Assembly: GCA_049968255.1 (NCBI GenBank)
Contig: JBMFRB010000003.1
Span: 288,998-352,997, forward strand
Origin: Candidatus Sumerlaeaceae bacterium
GTDB lineage: Bacteria > Sumerlaeota > Sumerlaeia > Sumerlaeales > Sumerlaeaceae
Direction: 5' to 3'
DNA length: 64,000 nucleotides
The notes beneath the pieces are model-generated. The model was not told the DNA's origin and did no database searches. It was given only the letters and a program-made list of their open reading frames with translations. Shown here piece by piece: positions 49,225 to 60,170 of the stretch. Position numbers and translations under genes: made by a program. How positions within the stretch are numbered: position 1 is the stretch's first letter; every line of letters starts with the position of its first letter.

Positions 49225-50661
49225 CTACAATTCGATGTGCGCCCACTTTTCTCTGCGGTAGCCATAGAAAAGAATAATGCAGCGCGCCAACCAGTCCACA
49301 ATCGTGCCAAGGACCACGCCGTAAATTCCTAAGCCAAAGGGGAACGCCAACGCGTAGGTGGCCCCGATTCGCACGACCAGATTCCCAAAAAATGAGGCGA
49401 GCATTGGCGAGATGGTCTCGCCAGCGCCGCGTAGCCCGCCGCTCAACGTCATCGCGATGCCCAAGAGAGGCTGTTCGACCGCCGCAACAAGAAGTAAAGC
49501 ATACGCAAGTTCCACCACGTCAATTTCCCGGCAAAAGAACCCCAGCAAGGGGCGCCCCAAGAAAACCAGCGCTACGGCCACGAAAGACATCACCAGCACA
49601 GCCAGCGTGGTGCTTGTACGAAATACGCGACGAGCCAGCGACACATCGCGCATCCCGAGCGCCTGCCCTACAAGGGCTGACGATGCGATGGAAAAACCGA
49701 TCCCAGCCATAAACGAAAGTGACTCAAGCCGCGTGGCCAAAGCATGGCTGGCCAGTGCCAACGTGCCCAGGCGAGTGACGAAGCTAAAGAAGACCAGGAA
49801 ACCAATGCTGATCATGAGCTCTTCCACAAAGGACGGCAGAGAAACGCGCCAGATCGTGGCAATGATTTTTCCGTTTGGCCAAAAATGATGCAGCCGCACC
49901 TGCGGCCCATCTTTCGCCCGCACCAGGTGAATCACCACAGCCACCGCTGCCAGACACAAGGCAACGCACGTCGAGAGCCCTGAGCCGAAAAGCTTGAGCT
50001 CGGGGAAGCCCCAATGCCCATAAATAAGTAAATAATTGAATAAGATATTCGATCCATTCATCCCTAGGGCAATCCACATGGGAGTGCGGGTATTGCCGGT
50101 TGCACGCATGCTTGCGGCACCTACAAAAAATATCATGCGGGCAACACTTGCCGCCAACACAGCACGCATGTAGGGGATTCCGGCCAGCACCGCTTCCTCC
50201 GGTGTGCGGAGAGCGCGCAAAAGCTCCGGTGTCCACACAAGTCCGCCCACCGTAAGTAAGCTTCCGAGAATTACTGACAGCAGCAAGGATTGTCCGACCG
50301 CATGAGCTGCTCCTTCGCGTGAACTTGCGCCCCAGCGGCGTGCCACAAGCGCCGTCGTTCCGCGCTCGATGCATCCCAACGTCATGTGCAGGCGCCACAA
50401 AATCATGCCCGCTGCCGCAGCCGCAGCGATCGGCACACTTCCATAGTACGCGACCATGAAAGTGTCGACCATAAGCAGAAGCGTCTGCAGCAGGTTCTCC
50501 GCGACGGCCGGACCAGTGAGTCGCAAGATTGTCGAAGTGAGCGAACGAGAAGAATCGGCGAAGACACCTAGCAGCTGTCGCTCGGGCCTTTGCAAATTCG
50601 GTTCAAGGACGGTCGTACTCCCTGCAGTTGTTGTCGGTCCTTCAGTGTCGCTGTCACACAT
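49225..50661 (-). CDS. MATE family efflux transporter/flippase
   Basis: 12 TM segments, VDTFMV, MRATGNTRTPM, LRGAGET. Confidence 0.9.
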   Translation of the reverse strand: MCDSDTEGPTTTAGSTTVLEPNLQRPERQLLGVFADSSRSLTSTILRLTGPAVAENLLQTLLLMVDTFMVAYYGSVPIAAAAAAGMILWRLHMTLGCIERGTTALVARRWGASSREGAAHAVGQSLLLSVILGSLLTVGGLVWTPELLRALRTPEEAVLAGIPYMRAVLAASVARMIFFVGAASMRATGNTRTPMWIALGMNGSNILFNYLLIYGHWGFPELKLFGSGLSTCVALCLAAVAVVIHLVRAKDGPQVRLHHFWPNGKIIATIWRVSLPSFVEELMISIGFLVFFSFVTRLGTLALASHALATRLESLSFMAGIGFSIASSALVGQALGMRDVSLARRVFRTSTTLAVLVMSFVAVALVFLGRPLLGFFCREIDVVELAYALLLVAAVEQPLLGIAMTLSGGLRGAGETISPMLASFFGNLVVRIGATYALAFPFGLGIYGVVLGTIVDWLARCIILFYGYRREKWAHIEL

Positions 50662-50724
50662 TTGAGCTTGTCCCTTGAATCAGAACCACTTTTGTCGAAT
50701 ACGCATCATCAAAGCCTACATCAA

Positions 50725-51711
50725 ATGAGCGGTCCAACGTACATGGACAATGTCATCGAAGAAATAGCGTCGTTTTTGGCACCGGATCTTCTGCGAGTGG
50801 ACGAGCACCTGCAGGAGATTCTCGACAGCGACACTGCGCTGGTGCGCGAAGTTGGACAATATGTCCTTTCCTCGCGAGGAAAACGGCTGCGCCCAATCCT
50901 CGCAATATTGGCCGCAAAAGTCTTCAAATATGCCGGCGATGATCACACCAAAGTAGCCACCGCGCTGGAGCTTGTTCATAGTGCCACGTTGCTCCACGAC
51001 GACGTGATAGACAAGGCGCCGCTGAGGCGGGGGCGCCCAACTGTCAACGCGCGATGGGGCGACGATGTGGCCATTCTGATTGCTGACTTCCTCTTTGCCC
51101 GGGCATTCAGCCTAGCGCTCAGCACGGCGATGAGTCCGAAGGTGCTCAGCCTCATCTGCCAGGTCACGGCACGCATGTGCGAAGGCGAAATGTTCCAAAT
51201 TGAAAACAGCGACGCCATTCTCACGCGCGATGACTATCTGAGGATTATCAGGGGCAAGACGGCTTACCTGTTCAGTGCGTGCACCACATTGGGAGCAGTC
51301 CTGGCTCGGGCACCAGAGCAGCAAGTGATGTTGCTCTCCGCCTACGGTCTCAATTTCGGCATCGCGTTCCAGATTGTGGACGATACTCTGGATCTCATTG
51401 CGTCGGATGATGAGATCGGCAAGCCTCACTGGGCCGACATTCGCAACGGCAAGCTCACCCTCCCCCTCATTTACGTATTCGAATCAGCCTCCGAACGCGA
51501 CCGAAAAGAGCTCCTTGAATCCTGGCGCAACGGCCGAGACCCGGAAAGGATTGTGCCATTTATTGAAAAGTATGGCGGGATCGAATACGCTTTGGCTGAA
51601 GCACGCCGCTATGCCACGATCGCCTGCGAACAGCTGGCAGATTTCCCCGCCGTTGAGCCGGTGCGAATGCTGTGCCGCTTAGCCGATTTTATTGTCGAGC
51701 GACGAAAGTAA
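50725..51711 (+). CDS. Long-chain polyprenyl diphosphate synthase (IspB/HepT)
   Basis: GKRLRP, LLHDDVID..RRG, GKTA, FQIVDDTLD. Alternative start at 50743. Confidence 0.92.
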   Translation: MSGPTYMDNVIEEIASFLAPDLLRVDEHLQEILDSDTALVREVGQYVLSSRGKRLRPILAILAAKVFKYAGDDHTKVATALELVHSATLLHDDVIDKAPLRRGRPTVNARWGDDVAILIADFLFARAFSLALSTAMSPKVLSLICQVTARMCEGEMFQIENSDAILTRDDYLRIIRGKTAYLFSACTTLGAVLARAPEQQVMLLSAYGLNFGIAFQIVDDTLDLIASDDEIGKPHWADIRNGKLTLPLIYVFESASERDRKELLESWRNGRDPERIVPFIEKYGGIEYALAEARRYATIACEQLADFPAVEPVRMLCRLADFIVERRK

Positions 51712-51921
51712 TCGCCCTGCGACGCGCTTGCTCAAGCCGACGCGACTGTTGCGTACCGTGCGTCTGTGAGCGTCGGTTCCCCCACATAAAAAAGTATCCC
51801 CTCCGCCTTATCACGAGATCAATCCTGCCGTGCGTTTTTCCAGCTTTATGCGCCATCATCGCCGTGCTTCCGCAGAGCAATGCTGGGGTGCCCTGCACGT
51901 GTGGGTCATTGCAATCCACTC

Positions 51922-53538
51922 CTAAGGATTCTGAGGGAAGTGGATTTGCCGCGGCGGATACGGGTTCGTGATCACTGTGTAACGCGCGTAAGCATCGGCG
52001 ATCTTGTTGTAGAGATCATAGCTCGTTGGCGCTCCCAAAGATGGGTCGAGTTTCAGTGCCTCCTGCCAAGCAAAAATGGCCCGCTGCAAATATTTTGCTG
52101 CCTCCACCTTTGGCGAGAACGCCCGCTTGCGCTCATCAAAATTTGTGCTCGTGTAGGCCGCGAGGTAAGAAAGGGCCTGGTTGTAATAGTCGTCGCCGCG
52201 CATTGCCAGGGCCTTAGCCTGCTGTAATACGTCTTTTTGCAGTCGCTCCTTCTCGACCTTCGCTTTTGTCGCAATTTCCTGCGCCCTTTGCACGATGTCC
52301 GGGAACATCGCATATTGCGACTGCACTTCGAGTGCTTTCTGCGTTGCTAAAAGGAACTGCTGCTCTGCCAAGAAATCGCTTGCATCCTTCAGCTCGCTTT
52401 CAGCGAAGCGGCGCAGCCCCTCCGCAGCGGTTTTATTCTCCGGCGCCATAGCCAGCACGTTGCGGTACTCCTCTTTGGCCACATCCAGCAAGCCGCGCTC
52501 TTGGGCAAATTTAGCCAACTGTGCCCGCTGCTCGGGATCATTCTGGTTCACCTGCGCTCGTTTGAGCATGTACTCGTAACGAGCTAGCGGTGTCGTGGGC
52601 TCATTGGGTGAAAACTGAAGGAACAACTTGTACGCCTCGATCGCCTTTTTGTAATCACCCTTTTCCGCATATTGCCGGTGGAGCATGTCGAACATCACGT
52701 AGACGCGCTGGCGCATTGTCTCGTTAGCGTATTTGGGCTCCTGCAAATATTTGAGGTAGATTGGCAGGGCTTCGTCGTAACGTTTCAGTTTGAAGAGGGC
52801 ATCCGCGACCTTGAGCTCATCCTCGGGACGTGTGCTATTCTTGTATTGCTCGACAACGGCCTCAAGTTTACTTGGGTCGCCTTCCCAGGCTTTAAGGAGG
52901 GCCTTGCGGATTTCGTCATTCTGTGGGTCGAGCCGCAGCGCGATCTGGAGCTTCTCCTGCGCTCCAGGGGGATCCTGATGGTCGAGTCGCGACTTGCCCC
53001 ACAAGTAATAGACGCGTGCAAAGGCTCGCTTATAGGCAGCGCTGCGTGGCGAGTTTTCGCCCGGATCTGCCGCCTTTAGCAAGCGGTTTGCTTCGTCGAA
53101 TTTGCCTTGTTCAGCCAGCGCCACGGCCTGCGCCAGCATCTCATCAATTTTGCGTATCAGCTCACGCTGCTTCGAGGCTTCCATCTGCTTGTAGGCGGCC
53201 TCCACTTTTTGCATGCCAGCTGTCACTGTTGTGTTGTTCGGGTCGGCTTCCACAGCCTTCTGGTAAGCCTCGTAAGCCTTCACAATTTCGTTCCGGGCGA
53301 AAAACTGGTCGCCGATATGCGCATAGCTCGCTGCCGTGGACTCTCGCAGGATGGAACTGATTTTCTCGCGCGGAATGGCGAGATCACCCGCTGCCGTTCG
53401 AATGGTGATCGTTTTGTCGCCCGGCACGTCTTTAATGATCAAGCCCTCTTGGCGTTGGCCGTCCTGCAACACGATCACATCCGCAGCCGTTGGCGCCGCC
53501 ACGGCCAGAGCAATGACTAATGCTGCGTAAACTTTCAT
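51922..53538 (-). CDS. Secreted TPR protein
   Basis: Signal peptide ending TAA, small N-terminal beta domain DVIVLQDG, multiple TPRs. Confidence 0.8.
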   Translation of the reverse strand: MKVYAALVIALAVAAPTAADVIVLQDGQRQEGLIIKDVPGDKTITIRTAAGDLAIPREKISSILRESTAASYAHIGDQFFARNEIVKAYEAYQKAVEADPNNTTVTAGMQKVEAAYKQMEASKQRELIRKIDEMLAQAVALAEQGKFDEANRLLKAADPGENSPRSAAYKRAFARVYYLWGKSRLDHQDPPGAQEKLQIALRLDPQNDEIRKALLKAWEGDPSKLEAVVEQYKNSTRPEDELKVADALFKLKRYDEALPIYLKYLQEPKYANETMRQRVYVMFDMLHRQYAEKGDYKKAIEAYKLFLQFSPNEPTTPLARYEYMLKRAQVNQNDPEQRAQLAKFAQERGLLDVAKEEYRNVLAMAPENKTAAEGLRRFAESELKDASDFLAEQQFLLATQKALEVQSQYAMFPDIVQRAQEIATKAKVEKERLQKDVLQQAKALAMRGDDYYNQALSYLAAYTSTNFDERKRAFSPKVEAAKYLQRAIFAWQEALKLDPSLGAPTSYDLYNKIADAYARYTVITNPYPPRQIHFPQNP

Positions 53539-53632
53539 CGTTGCACCATCTCTTTGAAATTTGCCACACAATCGAGCTGTCCACTTTGAGTTACATTATT
53601 TAGAGAGCTGGGGCGACGTTCTGCAAGCAGAG

Positions 53633-55090
53633 ATGTTTCCCGACGTAAGAAAACCAGTGCAATCGGTCCCGCGCCAACTGTTTGGCGGAGCAATCGCAGC
53701 CGCAGTCTTTTCCATTTTGAGCTCCCTGGCAATTCGAGTTGGCGGTCCGCTAGCGCTGGTCGCAATGGTGGCTCTGGCGATTCTCACAGTCCTCCTGGCC
53801 ATCCACCCTTTTGTCTTTTTTGCGATGTATTTCGTTGCTTTGTTTTTTGCGGATACGCGAGTGCCTAGCCTCCCACTGAGCATCAACCAGATCCTTGCGC
53901 TGCTGTTCATCGTTTCGTGGGTCGGGCATTGGTTTCGCGGTAGCACCATTGCGTTGCGTTCGTCTGTCTTGCCTTGGCTCACCCTCATGGCAGTGTATTT
54001 CACTGCTAACGCTCTGCTTGGCGAGAGCCCGCCGCACGGCCAACTCATGGCGCGTTATGTTGTCATTTATTACGGCCTGGCTGTTCTTCTTGCCCTGTGC
54101 TTGCGCTCCGAACGCGCTATCTCTGCCTATGCGTGGATTAGTCTCGTTCTGACTTTCTTTGCGGCCGTTCTGGGCTTGTTCGAGGCAATTCAGCGGGGAA
54201 CATTCTCTGCCTTTGCAGGGAAGATCTCCGACGCCGTGCGGGTGAAAGGTACGGCATCCACGGCAAACGTTTACGGGTGGAATCTTCTTTTCGCTTTCCC
54301 CTTCGCGTTCTTCCTCTTTTCGCAGACGCGCCACAGGATTAAGCGAGCTGCAGCTCTGATCATGGGCCTATTTATTTTGTTTGTGGCGCTTCTCACGCTC
54401 AGCCGCCAAACCATGGTTCTTGTGATCCTACTTCTCATCGTATGCGTGCGTGTCTTCCAATATCCGAGCCGCCGTCAGGTGCTTGTGGGGACGACGGTTT
54501 TTCTTGCGCTCGCTGCTGGATTTGCTGCTCCACCGCTTGTTGCGCGATTGCTCTCTGTCACGCAGCTCTCGCGTGATTATTCCTATTTGGAGCGCCGCGA
54601 TAGCGTCCTCATCTGTCTCGAAGTGATCAAAGCTCGTCCTATCTTCGGCGTTGGGCTTGGTTCCTACACAGCTGTTTGGCGCAATTATCTTCCGAGAGAT
54701 TACAGCACGTTTTTCGCTCAGTACATTGAGCCAACTCGACCACGCGCGCCAGACCAAGGCTATCTCCAAATTACTGCCGAGGGAGGTGTTGTTGGGCTGC
54801 TGATTTTTCTGATCTTTGTGTTAGCGGTGGGGCGACAGGTCTGGCGCATTCGCCGCTTGGCAGCAATGCGTAACGACACCTTCGCATACAATTTAGCGGC
54901 CCTTGTGCTCGCTCTCATGCTACACTTTCTCGCCACCACGTTCACCGACGACACGTTCCTCTATGTTCGCGTGTGGCTGATCTATCCTCTTGCACTGCTA
55001 TTGGATGAACGGATGTTGTGGGGGCCTGCATTGCGCGAAGACACCCAAAATTCGACCGCCGACGCCACAACAGTCGGAGACATCGTGTGA
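53633..55090 (+). CDS. O-antigen ligase/Wzy_C family membrane protein
   Basis: About 12 TM segments, RVKGT..AN, TLSR, PIFGVGLGSY, YLQITAEGGVVG. Confidence 0.85.
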   Translation: MFPDVRKPVQSVPRQLFGGAIAAAVFSILSSLAIRVGGPLALVAMVALAILTVLLAIHPFVFFAMYFVALFFADTRVPSLPLSINQILALLFIVSWVGHWFRGSTIALRSSVLPWLTLMAVYFTANALLGESPPHGQLMARYVVIYYGLAVLLALCLRSERAISAYAWISLVLTFFAAVLGLFEAIQRGTFSAFAGKISDAVRVKGTASTANVYGWNLLFAFPFAFFLFSQTRHRIKRAAALIMGLFILFVALLTLSRQTMVLVILLLIVCVRVFQYPSRRQVLVGTTVFLALAAGFAAPPLVARLLSVTQLSRDYSYLERRDSVLICLEVIKARPIFGVGLGSYTAVWRNYLPRDYSTFFAQYIEPTRPRAPDQGYLQITAEGGVVGLLIFLIFVLAVGRQVWRIRRLAAMRNDTFAYNLAALVLALMLHFLATTFTDDTFLYVRVWLIYPLALLLDERMLWGPALREDTQNSTADATTVGDIV

Positions 55091-56265
55091 TGATTCGCGT
55101 GGCCCTTGTTTCCCACCTGTCCGAAATCTCCGGCGCAGGAATCGCGCTGCTGCGCATCGCACGCGCCCTGAACCCCTCGCGTTTCCAGACGTGCGTTGTG
55201 TTGCCGGGCAAGGGGCCACTTCTCGACCTTGCGCGCAATCAGGGCATACCTCATGTTGTGATTGAAAATCCTGAGCAAAGCTGGGCGGCCGCGCCGCTTC
55301 TGCTAAAACCAAAAATTCTCGCGCGCCGCATTGCCTATCTTCACGCTCTTACACAGTTCTATCGACGCGAGCGTTTCGACGTTGTCTATGTCAACACCAC
55401 TATCACCGTCTTTGCCGGCTTAGCAGCGCGCCTGGCGCACCTCCCTGTTGTCTGGCATGTCCGCGAGCTGCTAGAGAATCCCTCCCGTGCAGCGCGTGCG
55501 AAGATGTGGCTAATCGACCATCTCGCCGATGCCATTTTCTATGCCTCGGCCGCAAGCATGGCGCTTTTTCCAGCCTGTCGGGTCCGACGGCGTCTCGTTG
55601 TGCGAAACATCGTGGATGTGGAGCGTTTCGTCAAGGCAACCGTCCCGCCGTTGTTAGATGAGGAGCTGGGCATAGTGCCGGGCGAAATCGTGATCACTTC
55701 CAATGGCGTTTTCCCGCGCAAAGCGCCCGATCTCGTTTTGCGCGCGGCAGCGCTCTTGTGCGCGAGCCGCCGTGAACCGATACGAGTGCTCCTTGTTGGG
55801 CCCACGCTGCCAGAGCATCGTGGGTATGTTCAAGAGATGCGCACCCTCGCCGCCGAGTTAGGCATTGCCAACCGCGTGACTTTTACCGGGCTCCGAAACG
55901 ATATGCCTTCCATCCTTGCGCGAAGCGACGTGTTTGTGTCGGCCTCGCGCAACGAGGCGCAACCCAACATCATCAATGAAGCGCTGGTGGCAGGGGTTCC
56001 CGTCGTGGCCACAAATGTGGGTGACTGCCGTGCCATGTTGCGCGACGGGGAATTTGGTGAAGTGGTGCCGCCAGAGAATCCCCACGCGCTTGCTGCCGCT
56101 ATCGCACGGATTCTCGACGATCGTCAGGCGGCGCGTGCCCGGGCGCGGCGAGCCCAGGCCGAGATCATCCGTGAGTTCACGTCGCCCACATTTTGGCAGC
56201 CGGTGGAGCAAGTCCTGGAAGAATTAGCTCGCAAAAATAAGGATGCCAGTCGCGGTGCACAATGA
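55090..56265 (+). CDS. GT4 glycosyltransferase
   Basis: SGAG, VWHVRE, EAQPNIINEAL (EX7E), GVPVVATNVG. Confidence 0.9.
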   Translation: MIRVALVSHLSEISGAGIALLRIARALNPSRFQTCVVLPGKGPLLDLARNQGIPHVVIENPEQSWAAAPLLLKPKILARRIAYLHALTQFYRRERFDVVYVNTTITVFAGLAARLAHLPVVWHVRELLENPSRAARAKMWLIDHLADAIFYASAASMALFPACRVRRRLVVRNIVDVERFVKATVPPLLDEELGIVPGEIVITSNGVFPRKAPDLVLRAAALLCASRREPIRVLLVGPTLPEHRGYVQEMRTLAAELGIANRVTFTGLRNDMPSILARSDVFVSASRNEAQPNIINEALVAGVPVVATNVGDCRAMLRDGEFGEVVPPENPHALAAAIARILDDRQAARARARRAQAEIIREFTSPTFWQPVEQVLEELARKNKDASRGAQ

Positions 56266-56317
56266 AAAAGCGAGGACAGGATAAAACCTCGGCGGTAAAA
56301 TTCTTAGCGAAGTGATA

Positions 56318-59197
56318 ATGAACAGAGCGAGCACAAAAAGAGTGGTCAGCTGGGTACTGGGGCGGAAGGTTGTGACGGGGATTCTGCTGATGTTGACGTA
56401 TGCCCTTGGCGCAGCCGACACAACCGAGCCAGCCACGCTAGGGACAACCGCCACTTTGCGGGCCAAGCCAGATTTCTTCCCCGTGGTGTTTGAAGACCGC
56501 AAAACCACACTGCCGACGACTTCGCTCATCGCGGGCGACTCCTCAGCGACGTTGGGGACCGTGACCGTTGATCTTAGCTCGACCGATACCCTCTCACTCG
56601 GCCGTGGGGCTGTCGCTGTCACCACTTCGCCTCAAGTCCTCGCATCGGTAGAACTCTCGCCGTCCCTGCCTATCGAAGTGGACCGCTCGACAACTGCCGC
56701 GATGGTACGTCAGCTCCACGAATTGGAGAAGCGCAACCTCTACGCTGAAGCATTTCTGCTTGCTTGCCAATTGGTGCGCGAAAATCCAGATGCGGAATTT
56801 GCGTACGATGCCGCCATTCGCACGGGGATTGTGTTGAGTCACGCGAATCCTGACCAGATGGAGCAGGAGCTCGAGTTTTTCTTTCACGAAGCGAAGCGTA
56901 CTGCTACGCTGCCTGGCCGCTACGTCCTTCAGCAGGCACACTATTATGAGCGCATGGGTAAACTCGAAAAATTCCGTAAGCTTGTGAGCGAATACGAAAA
57001 GCACAACACGAAAGATCCGGATTATTGGGTAACCCTGGCCCGGCTTTATGCAATGAGCGGCGAAACGGCCCGCTCGCGCGAGTTTCTCGAGCGGGCGTTG
57101 CGCGAAGTGCAAGACGTTTTCCCCTTAGTGCTGTTGGCGGCGCGGCTCTATCGCGAATTTGGAAGTTTCGACAAGGCTCGCCAAACACTGATTGCAGCGG
57201 TGGATCAAAATTACGGCCCGTGGCAGATGCGCTCACTTTTGCTCGAGTTTCTTAAGTTGCCAACTTTCGACCCTCCGGACGTGGCACAAATGGTGCGTGG
57301 CGCGCTAGCCAACGAAGTGCGCTACAGCGTAGCGCGAGGGCTTGCCGACGCAATCGTTGAGCGAGCCATCGAGCGGCGAGTCTTCTTCCGCTTTCAGCGT
57401 TTCTTGGATGAGCGCATTGCGGCAAAAAAGGCTTCGGACGTCGAAATGTGGCTAGCTGCCTTGTTAGCCCAGCGCGCCGGCGACGACAAGCGATCGTTCG
57501 AAATTCTCATGCTCGATCCCGCGAAGACAACACCGGTCATTTCCTACGAGCGAGCGCTGGCGCTGGCACGCGAGGGACGCCATAAAGAGGCGCACGACAT
57601 CCTGGCCATTTTAGTGGCCGAACAACCTCTGGAAATTCCTTTCCGTTTGGCGATGGCGCGCGAAGAGCTTGCAACCAGTCGTCCCCTCGATGTGCTCGAG
57701 ACACTTAGCCGACTCCGGCTGGAAGAACTGACTGGTTCCGATCGTGATGATTTTATCGACACGGCGATGAAAGCAGCCGTGATGACTGGCAACCCGCAAC
57801 GCATCATCGATCTCTGGCTCGACTTGGTGGGCGCTGCTACTTTTGCAGAAATTCAGACCATGGGCGACATCGTCGTGCGCGCATTGGAAAATGATCCTCA
57901 AGCACAGCACATCGAAGATGCCATAGCGGACGCCGTGCGCCAACCAGAGCGTTGGCCGCTCCTTGCTCTCCACGCGCGGCTGTACGGACGACATGGCAAC
58001 CACCGCGCTGAGATCGAAAGCTATGCTGCGTATCTTGAGCATGCAGCCGACGACACGCAAATGTTGCGTTTTGCTGCCCAGCTCGCGCTGCAGTACGCTA
58101 CCCGTCCGCTCCATATGGAGGCAAGCGCCGAACGCCAATCCACAGCAACGGTGCGCCTGCTCGACAACACACTCGTCGAGCATGCAGCTTCCTTTTATCG
58201 CCGTCTCATTGCGCTCCAGCCGATGGTGGGGGATAATTACTCAGCTCTCATGCGAGTCTATCAAGCGCGCGGCGAAATCGAGGCAGCAAAAAAAGTTGCC
58301 GCTGAACTGGCCGAAAAAAATACGTCCTCGCCGGAGCTGCTCGCAACGGCCGCCACAATTCTTGAGGAAAACGGTTTTCTCAACGAGGCTCTGCACTATT
58401 ACGAGCGCGCTCTCCAGGCCGATCCATCGGATTACGGTGTGTGGCTAAAGTATGCGGACGCGTTACTCGCTGCCGGCAGCCACAAGCAAGCTGAGCTTAT
58501 TTGCAAGAAAATGCTTGAAGAAGGCTATAGCGGCAAGCCTTACAATCAGCCCACTCTTCTGGCGTACTTGCTCAAGTTAGCAACCCTGACCCGCGAGACG
58601 AGCGGCTTGGTGGAGTATCTCTCCTCGCTGCGCGAAAAGAACATCCCCGGCAAACCAGAATTTTTGCTCAGCTCGGCTAAGCTGTTGCTTCAGATTGGCG
58701 CGCCAGACCAGGCTGTCGCCTCCGTCGCTAAGTTCCAGAAAGACTTCCCTGGCCACACGCTCCTTCAGGAAAGCTATTTGCTGGCCGGCCAGATTTGGTA
58801 CTCACGAGGGGACATTGAGAAAGCTATCGCCACGTTCCGTCTCGTCGAAGAGAAATTTCCCCAGTCGCAAGCGGCGATAACAGCCGCCTTTAACATTGCT
58901 GTGGCACAGGCAAGTGCAGGGCGTATTGACGAGGCACTCGAAACTTATCGCCGAATCGCCAAGCAATACTCTAACGACGACCACGCCTTGGGAGCGCTTT
59001 TTGAAGCAGCTGTGCTTGCCTCACGCGCACACAAAGACCCCGTGCTTATCAAGACTTTGCTCGAACAATTCCTCGCGACCGACTGTCAGGATTTTTCGTT
59101 GCGCAGGAACGCTCGCAAAGCGCTGGACGCTTTGGAGGCGGGCAAGCAACCCTTTGCCACCACTCAAGCCGTGCCGCCGAAAAGTTCCCGAATATGA
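56318..59197 (+). CDS. Large exported TPR protein
   Basis: N-terminal hydrophobic segment, Thr-rich linker, many TPRs with a BamD/YbgF-like C-terminal part. Confidence 0.8.
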   Translation: MNRASTKRVVSWVLGRKVVTGILLMLTYALGAADTTEPATLGTTATLRAKPDFFPVVFEDRKTTLPTTSLIAGDSSATLGTVTVDLSSTDTLSLGRGAVAVTTSPQVLASVELSPSLPIEVDRSTTAAMVRQLHELEKRNLYAEAFLLACQLVRENPDAEFAYDAAIRTGIVLSHANPDQMEQELEFFFHEAKRTATLPGRYVLQQAHYYERMGKLEKFRKLVSEYEKHNTKDPDYWVTLARLYAMSGETARSREFLERALREVQDVFPLVLLAARLYREFGSFDKARQTLIAAVDQNYGPWQMRSLLLEFLKLPTFDPPDVAQMVRGALANEVRYSVARGLADAIVERAIERRVFFRFQRFLDERIAAKKASDVEMWLAALLAQRAGDDKRSFEILMLDPAKTTPVISYERALALAREGRHKEAHDILAILVAEQPLEIPFRLAMAREELATSRPLDVLETLSRLRLEELTGSDRDDFIDTAMKAAVMTGNPQRIIDLWLDLVGAATFAEIQTMGDIVVRALENDPQAQHIEDAIADAVRQPERWPLLALHARLYGRHGNHRAEIESYAAYLEHAADDTQMLRFAAQLALQYATRPLHMEASAERQSTATVRLLDNTLVEHAASFYRRLIALQPMVGDNYSALMRVYQARGEIEAAKKVAAELAEKNTSSPELLATAATILEENGFLNEALHYYERALQADPSDYGVWLKYADALLAAGSHKQAELICKKMLEEGYSGKPYNQPTLLAYLLKLATLTRETSGLVEYLSSLREKNIPGKPEFLLSSAKLLLQIGAPDQAVASVAKFQKDFPGHTLLQESYLLAGQIWYSRGDIEKAIATFRLVEEKFPQSQAAITAAFNIAVAQASAGRIDEALETYRRIAKQYSNDDHALGALFEAAVLASRAHKDPVLIKTLLEQFLATDCQDFSLRRNARKALDALEAGKQPFATTQAVPPKSSRI

Positions 59198-59325
59198 CTG
59201 CGCATGTCCCCGTTGCCGTCAGACCTATGACTTGACCGCCATGCTCAGTTTTGCGGTTCTTTGCAGGATCGCGGATGTTTTTGGAGTAGATGATTACGAG
59301 TTAGCGAGAAAACGCACGACGCCCC

Positions 59326-60168
59326 ATGTCGTCAGTATATTCACCGACAGCTATGCATCGCATCCCCCTCGAAAGGGAGTTATTGCAACAGCGCCGCCTG
59401 CTGAGCCTCTTCGTGCGGCGCGAGCTTCGTGGGCGCTATGCTGGCTCGCTGCTGGGCATTTTTTGGTCGGTCATCCATCCACTCGTCATGCTCGCTCTCT
59501 ACATTATTGTGTTTTCTACGCTCGTCCCTCGCAGCGGGCGATTGCCGTTTCGCTCCGCAACCGCCGAATACGCCGTCTTCCTCTGCCCTGCACTCATTGC
59601 TTGGAATTGGCTCCACGAAGGAATCCTTGGGGCCTGCGGCTCGATCGTTGCGAACGCCCCCCTTATTCGCAAAACTGTTTTCCCCGTGGGGATCCTTCCT
59701 ACCGTCTCCGTAGTTGCAAGCGCCACCGGTTTCGTTGTGGCCATGCTAGCCTTCGTGATTTTTCTGGCTGCAGCCGGCCTCGCTTCTTGGAATCTTCTCC
59801 TTTGGCTACCGCTCTTGGCCATTCTTCAGCTCGTTTTTCTTCTGGGGCCAGCATATGTTTTTGCCACGCTGAATGTCTTTCTTCGCGATACAAATCAGGT
59901 GCTATTTGCCGTGTTACAGGTGCTCTTCTGGGCCACGCCGATTGTTTATCCGGCGGAAGTCATCGCCAAGCACTCAGCTGTCTTCGAGTGGTGGTATCGG
60001 CTCAACCCTGTAGCGCGCTTTGTCGATTGTTATCGCCAAGTCATCATCCTCGGCAAAGCGCCCGACGCGGAATCGCTCATTTATTTGAGCATCGTGGCCA
60101 TCCTCTTGTATTACGGTGGGCGCACCGCTTTCGAACGCGCCCGCGGACGGTTCGCTGACGAGGTCTAG
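59326..60168 (+). CDS. wzm: ABC-2 polysaccharide exporter permease (Wzm)
   Basis: RYAGSLLGIFW, LIRKTVFP, FLRD, FWATPIVYP, LNP. Confidence 0.92.
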   Translation: MSSVYSPTAMHRIPLERELLQQRRLLSLFVRRELRGRYAGSLLGIFWSVIHPLVMLALYIIVFSTLVPRSGRLPFRSATAEYAVFLCPALIAWNWLHEGILGACGSIVANAPLIRKTVFPVGILPTVSVVASATGFVVAMLAFVIFLAAAGLASWNLLLWLPLLAILQLVFLLGPAYVFATLNVFLRDTNQVLFAVLQVLFWATPIVYPAEVIAKHSAVFEWWYRLNPVARFVDCYRQVIILGKAPDAESLIYLSIVAILLYYGGRTAFERARGRFADEV

Positions 60169-60170
60169 CA

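Noticed and set aside
58896-60158. 420-aa ORF spanning the TPR gene and wzm
   Set aside because: Out-of-frame overlap with two well-supported genes; Arg/Cys/Ser-rich composition typical of off-frame translation.
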